59,305 nt of DNA from an uncultured Gammaproteobacteria bacterium (GTDB lineage Bacteria; Patescibacteriota; Microgenomatia; Levybacterales; UBA12049): positions 8,855 to 68,159 of the forward strand of contig CAZMGC010000001.1 of the NCBI GenBank assembly GCA_964565795.1, given 5' to 3'. How positions within the stretch are numbered: position 1 is the stretch's first letter; each line of letters opens with the position of its first letter. Both the position numbers and the translations under genes were made by a program. Below, piece by piece: positions 52,057 to 59,305 of this stretch. Below the pieces are notes generated by a model. That model was not told the origin of the DNA and made no database searches. It was given only the letters and a program-made list of their open reading frames with translations.

Positions 52057-54899
52057 TCCAGACAGTTAGGGTTTTATCAAAACTAGAAGAAGAGGATTTG
52101 AAGGGAAGTTCTCTTTTAAAAAATTTAAAAAATCCTAAAATTACGAAGGTCCGTTCTGTTAGGGTTTATAGGCTTGAAGGAATAGATAAAAAATCTGCTA
52201 AATATTTAGCAGAAAAATTATTATCAGAATCTATTAATCAAAAATACACAATTAATGAACCGGTATTTAATGCTCGCTCAAGAATAGAAATCGCTTATAA
52301 ACCAGGAGTTATGAATCCTGAAGCAGCATCGCTTTTAAAATCTGCAAAAGATTTAAAAATAAAATTAAAAGCAGCAGATTCTTCATGGGAATATTATTTT
52401 TTTGGGCCTTTTAATATTGAAAATATTAATAATCTTGGACTTTTTAACCCACTTATAGAATATTTAGTTGATGCTCCACCGAAAACTTTATTGATTGAGG
52501 GAAAAACAGGTCCGACAAATATCGTAAAGGTTAGGGAGTCGACAGACGAAGAGCTTATGGCGCTCTCTAAAGATAAGTTATTTTTAAATTTATCGGAAAT
52601 GAAAGTAATTCAAAATTACTTTAATAAAATTAAAAGGGATCCGACAGATATAGAGCTTGAAACCTTAGCTCAAACTTGGAGTGAGCATTGCGCGCATAAA
52701 ACATTTAAAGCAAATTTAATTGTTGATGGAAAAAAGAAAGCGCCATTAATTCAAAGAATTAAAAATGAAGCATTGCGACATCCAAAAAATATTGTTTCAG
52801 CTTTTGGTGATAACTCAGGTGTAATGAAATTTTATGATGGATACTCGATTTGCGGAAAAGTAGAAACTCACAATTCTCCTTCAGCCATTGAGCCATATGG
52901 AGGAGCAATGACAGGTAGCGGTGGGGTTTTTAGAGATGTTTTGGGAACTGGTCATGGAGCTAAAGCAATAGCTAGTACTGATATGTTTTGTTTTGCGGAT
53001 CCAAATTTGCCTAGAAAAGATTTACCGCCAGGTTGTCTCCATCCGGAATATCTATTTAAAAGGGTGGTCGCCGGAGTTAGAGACTATGGAAATAGAATGG
53101 GTATTCCAACAAATAACGGTTCTGTGCATTTTCATAATGATTTCCGAGCAAAACCTACTATTATAGTTGGAGCTTATGGATTAATTCCGACAAAATTTGC
53201 ACAGAAAGGAAAACCAAAATCTGGAGATGTGGTAATCGCAGTCGGGGGTCGTACTGGGAGAGATGGAGTACACGGTGCAACTTTTTCTTCTGGTGAAATG
53301 ACAGATAAGACAATTTCGGTGAATTCTTCTGCAGTTCAAATAGGCAATGCGATAGAAGAAAAAAGAATGTTCGATGCAATTCTTGAGGCGAGAGACCAGG
53401 GATTAATTCGTGCAATTACAGATTGTGGTGCTGGTGGATTTTCTTCAGCTGTCGGAGAAATTGGTTCAAAGACAGGTGTAAAAGTTGATTTATCTCTTGC
53501 ACCACTTAAATACCATGGGCTTTCTCCATGGGAAATTTGGGTTTCTGAATCCCAGGAGAGAATGGTATTAGCGGTAAGTAAAAAATATTCAAAAAAAGTT
53601 TTGGAAATATGTAAGAAGTTTAATGTAGAAGCAACTATTCTAGGTAAATTTACTAACACAAAAAAGCTTGAAGTTTATTTTGGTAAAAACAAAATTGCAG
53701 ATTTGTCTATGGATTTTTTGCATGATGGTCTTCCTCAAAGAACTATGATTGCAAGAAAATCTGACATTCAAATTTCTAAAAATAAAAAATTACCAAAGGA
53801 GCCAAGAAGTGAAACTGAATGGATTGATATATTTAAAAAAATACTTTCTCATGGGAATGTAAACTCTAAAGAACCAATCGTTAGGCTTTATGATCATTCT
53901 GTTCAGGGTACCAATGATCTCCAGCCATATTCTGGAGAGAAAATGGACTCGCCAAATGACAGTGTAGTAATTAGACCAATTTTAAATAAAAAATATGGAA
54001 TGGTATTGTCACATGGAATGAACCCTATTTTAAATAGAATTGATCCTTACAATGGGAGTATTTGGGCAGGGATAGAAGCGCTTTCGAATTATGTAGCGGT
54101 TGGGGGAAATATCGAAGAAGCATCTTTAATAAATAATTACATTTGGCCATTCCCCGACGAAGAGTCATTATATCGTCTGGATAAATCGGTTGATGCTGTA
54201 GTGGATATTATGAAAGCGCTAAGGATTCCGGTTATTTCTGGAAAAGATAGTCTATCTTCAACTTACAGAAAAGGGGATTTGATAATAAAAATTCCTCCAG
54301 TTTTATGTATTTCTGTTTTTGGAAGAATTCCAGATACATCAAAAACTGTTTCAACAGACTTTAAAAATCCTGGCCGCCATGGAAAGCAAGGCATTGCAGG
54401 CGGGGAAAATTCTGTTATTTGTCTTGTCGGAGACTTGGATATTAATTCCATGGGAGGATCTACTTATTTTGACGTGAATAATATTTTAGGGGAAAGTGTT
54501 CCTAAAATTGATTTAAAGAAATTTGAAAAAATTGCAAAAGCCATTAATAAAGGAATTAATTCGGGAGAAATTTTATCTTGTCATGATATCTCAGAGGGAG
54601 GTTTGTTCTCAAGCATTTTTGATATGTGTTCTGGAGGAGATATGGGGGCTAATTTAAAAATTAACAAAAAAGAAAAACTGGACTATTTTCTCTTCAATGA
54701 AACTGCAGGAACTTTTGTAGTTGAGTTAGGAAATGAAAAAATTGCAAAAAAAATATTTAAAGATGTTAAATTTAAAATTTTAGGAAAAACTCAAAAAGAA
54801 AAAAAGATAAACATAAATTTTGAAAATAAAAAAATATCAGCTGACCTTTATGATTTAAAGAAGGCATGGCAAAAACCAATGAAGGAGATGTTTGCATGA
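52053..54899 (+). CDS. purL: FGAM synthase II with fused N-terminal PurS-like domain (PurS-PurL)
   Basis: The N-terminal ~80 aa are PurS-like (...KLLSESINQKYTINE). Then L..IE.......WSEHC.HK.F, ETHN.PSA.EPY.GA.TG.GG..RD and GG.TGRDG..GA.FSS. The ATG at 52053 overlaps the purD stop (ATGA). Confidence 0.9.
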   Translation: MIQTVRVLSKLEEEDLKGSSLLKNLKNPKITKVRSVRVYRLEGIDKKSAKYLAEKLLSESINQKYTINEPVFNARSRIEIAYKPGVMNPEAASLLKSAKDLKIKLKAADSSWEYYFFGPFNIENINNLGLFNPLIEYLVDAPPKTLLIEGKTGPTNIVKVRESTDEELMALSKDKLFLNLSEMKVIQNYFNKIKRDPTDIELETLAQTWSEHCAHKTFKANLIVDGKKKAPLIQRIKNEALRHPKNIVSAFGDNSGVMKFYDGYSICGKVETHNSPSAIEPYGGAMTGSGGVFRDVLGTGHGAKAIASTDMFCFADPNLPRKDLPPGCLHPEYLFKRVVAGVRDYGNRMGIPTNNGSVHFHNDFRAKPTIIVGAYGLIPTKFAQKGKPKSGDVVIAVGGRTGRDGVHGATFSSGEMTDKTISVNSSAVQIGNAIEEKRMFDAILEARDQGLIRAITDCGAGGFSSAVGEIGSKTGVKVDLSLAPLKYHGLSPWEIWVSESQERMVLAVSKKYSKKVLEICKKFNVEATILGKFTNTKKLEVYFGKNKIADLSMDFLHDGLPQRTMIARKSDIQISKNKKLPKEPRSETEWIDIFKKILSHGNVNSKEPIVRLYDHSVQGTNDLQPYSGEKMDSPNDSVVIRPILNKKYGMVLSHGMNPILNRIDPYNGSIWAGIEALSNYVAVGGNIEEASLINNYIWPFPDEESLYRLDKSVDAVVDIMKALRIPVISGKDSLSSTYRKGDLIIKIPPVLCISVFGRIPDTSKTVSTDFKNPGRHGKQGIAGGENSVICLVGDLDINSMGGSTYFDVNNILGESVPKIDLKKFEKIAKAINKGINSGEILSCHDISEGGLFSSIFDMCSGGDMGANLKINKKEKLDYFLFNETAGTFVVELGNEKIAKKIFKDVKFKILGKTQKEKKININFENKKISADLYDLKKAWQKPMKEMFA

Positions 54900-55675
54900 A
54901 GCCTAGAGCAATAATAATAAAAGCTGATGGAATAAATCGTGATGAAGATATGGTTTTCGCATTTAATCTGGCTGGAGCGGATGCAAAACTAGTACACATA
55001 AATGATTTAAAAACAAAAAAGGAAAAATTATCTGATTATCAAATTCTAGGAATACCGGGAGGATTTGCTTATGGAGATGACATAGTTTCTGGGAAAGTTT
55101 TAGCAACTGAAATTGTGGCTTTTCTTGGGGAAGAAATCCGGAGGTTTGTAAAGCGACCAAATACAGCAGTATTGGGAGTTTGTAATGGTTTTCAGGTTTT
55201 AGTTAGAACAGGGCTTGTTCCATTTAATCGAATAGGAGATATGGATGCAACACTTGTTAATAATGATTCAGGACATTTTGAATGTAGATGGGTAAAAGTA
55301 AAAGCAGAGAAAAATTCAAAATCAAAATTTTTGAATACATATAATGATGAAATAATCTGGATGCCAATAGCTCATGGAGAAGGAAAGTTTTTGGCAGAAC
55401 AGAAAGTTTTGGACAGAGTTGAAAAAGAAAATTTGGTCGCTTTTAGATATGTAGATGAAAAGGGAAATCCAACCCAGAAATATCCAGATAATCCTAACGG
55501 ATCAATGAATGCGATAGTTGGAATAACAGATGAGACCGGAAGAGTATTGGGTCTTATGCCGCATCCGGAATGTTTCGTAAGACGCGAACAACACCCAAAC
55601 TGGCGCCGAGGTTTGATTGAATCGCCTCAAGGTTTACCTTTATTTAAGAATATTGTTAAATTTGTCACTTCCTAA
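54896..55675 (+). CDS. purQ: FGAM synthase I (glutaminase subunit)
   Basis: PGGF.YGD, the catalytic Cys context GVCNGFQ.L, and the C-terminal MPHPE. The ATG at 54896 overlaps the purL stop (ATGA), with SD GAAGGAG upstream. Confidence 0.9.
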   Translation: MKPRAIIIKADGINRDEDMVFAFNLAGADAKLVHINDLKTKKEKLSDYQILGIPGGFAYGDDIVSGKVLATEIVAFLGEEIRRFVKRPNTAVLGVCNGFQVLVRTGLVPFNRIGDMDATLVNNDSGHFECRWVKVKAEKNSKSKFLNTYNDEIIWMPIAHGEGKFLAEQKVLDRVEKENLVAFRYVDEKGNPTQKYPDNPNGSMNAIVGITDETGRVLGLMPHPECFVRREQHPNWRRGLIESPQGLPLFKNIVKFVTS

Positions 55676-55681
55676 TATAAT
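55653..55681 (+). promoter_or_regulatory. Putative internal promoter TTGTTA-17-TATAAT straddling the purQ stop, 7 nt before the ATG at 55689
   Basis: TTGTTA at 55653-55658, TATAAT at 55676-55681, purQ stop at 55673-55675. Confidence 0.5.
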
Positions 55682-55688
55682 TTCCAGC

Positions 55689-55997
55689 ATGACAAGGCCT
55701 AATGAGAATCCAGAGTTTATGGGAGAAATTGATTTAGTAATAATGCCAGGTAGAAGTTCTATGTTAGGTTTTGGAGAGCCCAAAGGATATTTTCAAATAC
55801 TGCAAGGTGAGTGTTTAGTGAGATATGGAAATGTAACGGAAACTGTGGATGGGAGAAGAATTGGTTGGAGTGAAGATGGTGGTGGTAAGGAGGTTTTTAA
55901 AAGAGGCGATGTTTTTGGGGCAGGAGATGGGAGAGTGGTAAATCTTAGAAATGCAGGTGTGGAATTAGCTGTAGTGCATAAAATTAATACACAATGA
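55689..55997 (+). CDS. Small Gly/Arg/Val-rich beta-type protein (cupin-like?) inserted between purQ and purM
   Basis: 102 aa: MTRPNENPEFMGEIDLVIMPG...GDVFGAGDGRVVNLRNAGVELAVVHKI. The stop overlaps the purM ATG (ATGA at 55994-55997). Composition differs from the flanking pur proteins. Confidence 0.5.
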   Translation: MTRPNENPEFMGEIDLVIMPGRSSMLGFGEPKGYFQILQGECLVRYGNVTETVDGRRIGWSEDGGGKEVFKRGDVFGAGDGRVVNLRNAGVELAVVHKINTQ

Positions 55998-57088
55998 AGA
56001 AAATTACATATAAATCATCGGGGGTAGATTATTCAAAATTAGATCCTATTAAAAAACTTGCGCAGGATTCTGCTAGAAAAACTGCAAAAAATTTTTCTAA
56101 AAGTTTTAATGAAATATCAGATAGTAGAGGTGAGTCAGCGTTTGTTTGGAAGCAAGGAAATAACTTGATGGCATTTGTTATGGAAGGGCTGGGAACTAAA
56201 AGTCTTATTGCAGATGCGATTTGGGAAAAACAAAAAAAATCTTTTTATAAAGAAATTGCGCAAGATACGGTCGCAACAATTATTAATGATTTAGTCTCTG
56301 TCGGAGCAAGGCCTTTGGTATTAAATGCATATTGGGCTGATGCGGGAGATGGATTTTTACAGGACCCGATTAGGATGAAGGAGTTTATTAAGGGTTGGGA
56401 GACATCCTGTAATCTAGCAGAAGTCGTTTGGGGTGGGGGGGAAACACCGACACTTAAGGGAATTATTGAATCTAAATCTGTTGATTTAGGCGGCTCGGCA
56501 ATCGGGATTATTGAATCGGATAAATTTTTAACAACTGACAAAAAAATAAAAACAGGGGATCGTATAATACTCATAAAAAGTAATGGGGTTAATGCGAATG
56601 GGATTTCTTTAACTCGGGCGATTGCAAAAAAATTACCTAAAGGCTATCAAACAAAAGTTGGAAATAAAACTTTTGGAGAGAGTTTATTAACTTCTTCAAA
56701 TATCTACGCAAAAGTTATTCAGGATTTGCAGAAAAATAATATTGATATTCATTACATTTCAAATATCACTGGTCACGGAATGCGAAAAATAATGAGAGGT
56801 CGACCAAAATTTAGTTATGTAATTGAAAAGATGTTTAAGCCTCATTCGGTTTTTGATTTTATAAAAGAACAAGCAAACCTTTCTGATTATGAAATGTATG
56901 AAACTTATAACATGGGCCAAGATTATTGCTTGATAATTTCTTCAAAAGATGTTGAAAAGACTTTAAGAATAATTTCGAAAAATAAATTTAAAGCGATCGA
57001 AGCAGGATATGTAGAAAAAGGGGAAAAGCAAGTAATAATAAAATCATTAAATCTCGTTTATAAAGGGGAAACTTTAGACTTAAGATAA
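55994..57088 (+). CDS. purM: Phosphoribosylformylglycinamidine cyclo-ligase (AIR synthase)
   Basis: YK.SGVD........K, DG.GTK and the PurM N/C-domain pattern. Operon context. Confidence 0.82.
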   Translation: MKKITYKSSGVDYSKLDPIKKLAQDSARKTAKNFSKSFNEISDSRGESAFVWKQGNNLMAFVMEGLGTKSLIADAIWEKQKKSFYKEIAQDTVATIINDLVSVGARPLVLNAYWADAGDGFLQDPIRMKEFIKGWETSCNLAEVVWGGGETPTLKGIIESKSVDLGGSAIGIIESDKFLTTDKKIKTGDRIILIKSNGVNANGISLTRAIAKKLPKGYQTKVGNKTFGESLLTSSNIYAKVIQDLQKNNIDIHYISNITGHGMRKIMRGRPKFSYVIEKMFKPHSVFDFIKEQANLSDYEMYETYNMGQDYCLIISSKDVEKTLRIISKNKFKAIEAGYVEKGEKQVIIKSLNLVYKGETLDLR

Positions 57089-59305
57089 TTATCTCTTCTG
57101 ATAGATATAGACAAGAGTAGCTTCATCTGCTTTTATTTCATGAATTAATTTATAGTTTTGTTTGATCATAGAATCGTCGAATCCCTCTCTTAAAATATTA
57201 AAGTAATTTACAACTACATAATCATACTTTTTGTTTAGATTAAATTTTTCACTTTTATATTCGCTATATTTGGGGAAAGAGTGGAGAGGGGAAATAGCAA
57301 GGCCTATGCTTGAATTCTTAGGGGCATTATCCCTTAGGTAAATTCCAGCTTCTCGATTTCCCTGACCCCACCAGCCAATTTGGAATAATTTTTTTTCATA
57401 TACACCATTTACTCCACCAGGAATTATATTAAAATAATCTAAATAGTAGGGAGTTATTGATTTAAGAATAAGAAGAAAATAAATTATTAATGTAAATATT
57501 CCAAAATATTTAACCTTAAATTTTTCTTTAAACATTCCAAGAATTGATTCGAATCCAATTGCTGCAATTAATGCGAGAGGAGCATAGACTTGAATAATAT
57601 ATCTAAGGCCATGTTGCTTGAAAGGATAGAAGGTTTGAAAAAATGGAAGAATAAACCAAAGTAGCACTGCGTACAAAATAAATTTCTTTTTAATGTCGAT
57701 TACTCTCAACCCTGCAAAAAATAAAATAATTATTAAAAATGGAGTTGTAATTAAGAAATAAATTGGATAGTAGGGGAATGGTACAAGCATCAGTTTTCCA
57801 AAGAAAACTTCTGGGGGCGGAAGCTTTACTTCATGAGAAAACCACATGGCTTTTTCTACCGCTATTGCTTCGTTAAAGTTTATTAATGCTGTTGGCCAGA
57901 ATAAAATAAATGTGATGCAGGAAATTAAAAATATTAAAAAGAATGGAATTAATATTTTTCTCAAAATATTTGGTCTTTCAGTTTTATTTTTTGTAATGTA
58001 CCAAAGAAAATAAATTGATAAGAATAGAGGGTAAATAAAAATGTTTGTTTGTTTTACTCCCAGCGCAAGACCTGTAGAAACTCCTACCAATAACAAATAT
58101 TTTAATGAAAATTTATTAATAAATTTTATAAAAAGATAAATTGATAAGGTAAAGAAAAACATTACAAGACTTTCTAGGGTTGCGATTTGTGAATACCCCA
58201 AGAATGTGGGTAGCATTCCAAGGATAATTCCTGATGCAACACCTACAAATGGAGAAATATATTTCCATCCAAAAAGAGTAATCAGTAATACAGAGAGAGT
58301 CGAAAATAAAATTGAAATAAGTCTTGAATATGTATAGTCAAAATAAAAAATTGGATTTCCATTTTTGTCTATTTCTTGTAAATCGAGACGAGAGGTAGCA
58401 CCATATATATAGCGAGCCATTGGAGGATGATCAAATGTGGAATGGTAATAGGGATTTCTGAAATCACCATTTAGCATTAGATCGGTCATAACAAAACCCC
58501 CCTCAACATAAGCACCCTCATCCCATGTTTTACCCATTTCGTTTAGATTCCATAAGCGTAATAAAATAGCAATAGTAACCACAAACCCTATGCAGAATAT
58601 TTTTATATTTTTAGGAGTTCCAAATCTTATCCATAAAATGTTTGCTAATGCAGTTACGAGTTCACGATTTCCATATGAGGATTTTCCAAATTGCCTTTCA
58701 ACAAATGTAGTTGGAACTTCTGAAATTTTAAAACCATTTTTTTTAAGCTTGTATACTGTTTCTGAAAGTACAATAAAACCCTTTGACTCGATTTTAATAT
58801 TTGTTAAAAACTCAACAGACTTTCTGTTATACAGCCTATAACCATTGGTGTAATCTGAAAGTTTGAGTCCGAGTAAGAGGCTTAAAAATTTATTTATTAT
58901 TTTACTCATTATCACTCTCCATTTAGCCCATTTTATAATTTCACTTCCAGACAGATATCGAGATCCAACAATTAAGTCAGAATTATCTTTTTTCATTTTT
59001 GAAATAAATTTATTTGCTTCTTTTGGGTTGTGGGAAAGATCTGCATCCATTTCAAAAAGATGTGTAATTTTTTTATCTTTTAATCCAATTCTGAAACCTT
59101 CAATGACTGCGCTTCCTCTTCCCATTTTTTTCTTACGCGGAAAATATGTAATTTCTTTATCTTTTTGTTGAGATAATAGTTTTTTAATTTTTAATTTTTC
59201 CCTAGAATTCGAATCATCGACTATTATTATTTTAGATTTTGGGAAATATTTTCTAATTTTATTAATAAGAAGAATAATGTTTTGTGACTCATTATATGAG
59301 GGAAT
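57089..59305 (-). CDS. Fusion glycosyltransferase: GT2 (dolichyl/polyprenyl-phosphate sugar synthase-like) domain plus multi-pass GT-C (ArnT/PMT-like) membrane domain; 5' end outside the window
   Basis: The frame is open to the window edge. Own translation of 59126-59305 (rc) gives IPSYNESQNIILLINKIRKYFPKSKIIIVDDSNS...KKKMGRGSAV, a typical GT2 N-terminus. It is followed by DADLSH and about 12 TM helices. Confidence 0.8.
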   Translation of the reverse strand: MPSYNESQNIILLINKIRKYFPKSKIIIVDDSNSREKLKIKKLLSQQKDKEITYFPRKKKMGRGSAVIEGFRIGLKDKKITHLFEMDADLSHNPKEANKFISKMKKDNSDLIVGSRYLSGSEIIKWAKWRVIMSKIINKFLSLLLGLKLSDYTNGYRLYNRKSVEFLTNIKIESKGFIVLSETVYKLKKNGFKISEVPTTFVERQFGKSSYGNRELVTALANILWIRFGTPKNIKIFCIGFVVTIAILLRLWNLNEMGKTWDEGAYVEGGFVMTDLMLNGDFRNPYYHSTFDHPPMARYIYGATSRLDLQEIDKNGNPIFYFDYTYSRLISILFSTLSVLLITLFGWKYISPFVGVASGIILGMLPTFLGYSQIATLESLVMFFFTLSIYLFIKFINKFSLKYLLLVGVSTGLALGVKQTNIFIYPLFLSIYFLWYITKNKTERPNILRKILIPFFLIFLISCITFILFWPTALINFNEAIAVEKAMWFSHEVKLPPPEVFFGKLMLVPFPYYPIYFLITTPFLIIILFFAGLRVIDIKKKFILYAVLLWFILPFFQTFYPFKQHGLRYIIQVYAPLALIAAIGFESILGMFKEKFKVKYFGIFTLIIYFLLILKSITPYYLDYFNIIPGGVNGVYEKKLFQIGWWGQGNREAGIYLRDNAPKNSSIGLAISPLHSFPKYSEYKSEKFNLNKKYDYVVVNYFNILREGFDDSMIKQNYKLIHEIKADEATLVYIYQKR

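Noticed and set aside
10934-55997. Assembly chimerism or contamination as the explanation for the higher-GC, Arg-rich ORFs
   Set aside because: Each is a single gene flanked on both sides by native-looking genes, often sharing overlapping stop/start or stop/stop nucleotides with them. Each uses the same promoter architecture and AGA-type Arg codons as the host genes. Mis-joined contigs would not produce this.
1-59305. Alternative genetic code (UGA recoding) of the kind found in some CPR lineages
   Set aside because: Long uninterrupted ORFs with recognisable full-length housekeeping proteins are obtained with the standard code. Many genes terminate at TGA exactly in ATGA overlaps with the next start.
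1-59305. CRISPR arrays, tRNA or rRNA genes, integrases or transposases
   Set aside because: There are no regularly spaced direct repeats, and no T-loop/acceptor-like sequences in the short intergenic gaps. No recombinase-like ORF was found. The only repeat family is the 12-mer arms at 8762-9195 and 19370-19444.

Overview
Gene-dense, low-GC bacterial window of about 65 CDS. Short intergenic gaps, many ATGA start/stop overlaps and most genes on the + strand. Reduced housekeeping proteins (150-aa EF-Ts, CBS-less IMPDH, short ProRS) and a four-helix-bundle IVS-type protein suggest a Patescibacteria/CPR-like genome; that assignment is inference only. I saw no rRNA, tRNA or CRISPR.

Content in order:
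- 1-6816 (-): two tandem modules, each a giant secreted dockerin-bearing surface protein followed by a small membrane-anchored cohesin-like protein.
- 6911-17011: a dTMP/folate-cycle plus GMP cluster (dcd, tmk, a second dcd-like gene, thyA, folA, guaB, guaA, glyA).
- rpsB-tsf-frr-rseP-msrB.
- Oxidative pentose-phosphate genes (pgl, zwf, gnd), plus proS, ddl, rpsU, ybeY, dnaX, ybaB, prs, recR and cysS.
- Membrane and repair genes.
- 45654-57088: a long purine operon, purK-purE-(Nudix-purC)-purF-purN-purD-(purS-purL)-purQ-X-purM.
- A GT2/GT-C fusion glycosyltransferase that runs off the window end.

Most notable observations:
1. A cellulosome-style cohesin/dockerin display system for vWA/CARDB-type adhesins.
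2. Ten dispersed ORFs with Arg/Ala/Gly/Pro-rich products and raised G+C. They are mostly antiparallel to the housekeeping genes. Nine carry their own consensus promoter ending 7-12 nt before the ATG. Three of them sit together and split pgl from zwf.
3. A 434-nt repeat-bracketed cassette carrying the four-helix-bundle gene inside an mRNA operon, plus a 75-nt ORF-less copy of the same arms between frr and rseP.
4. A translationally coupled NlpC/P60-like and CofE-like gene pair wedged between thyA and folA.
5. Pervasive leaderless or near-leaderless promoter architecture.

All function calls come from motif recognition by eye. No database searches were run.
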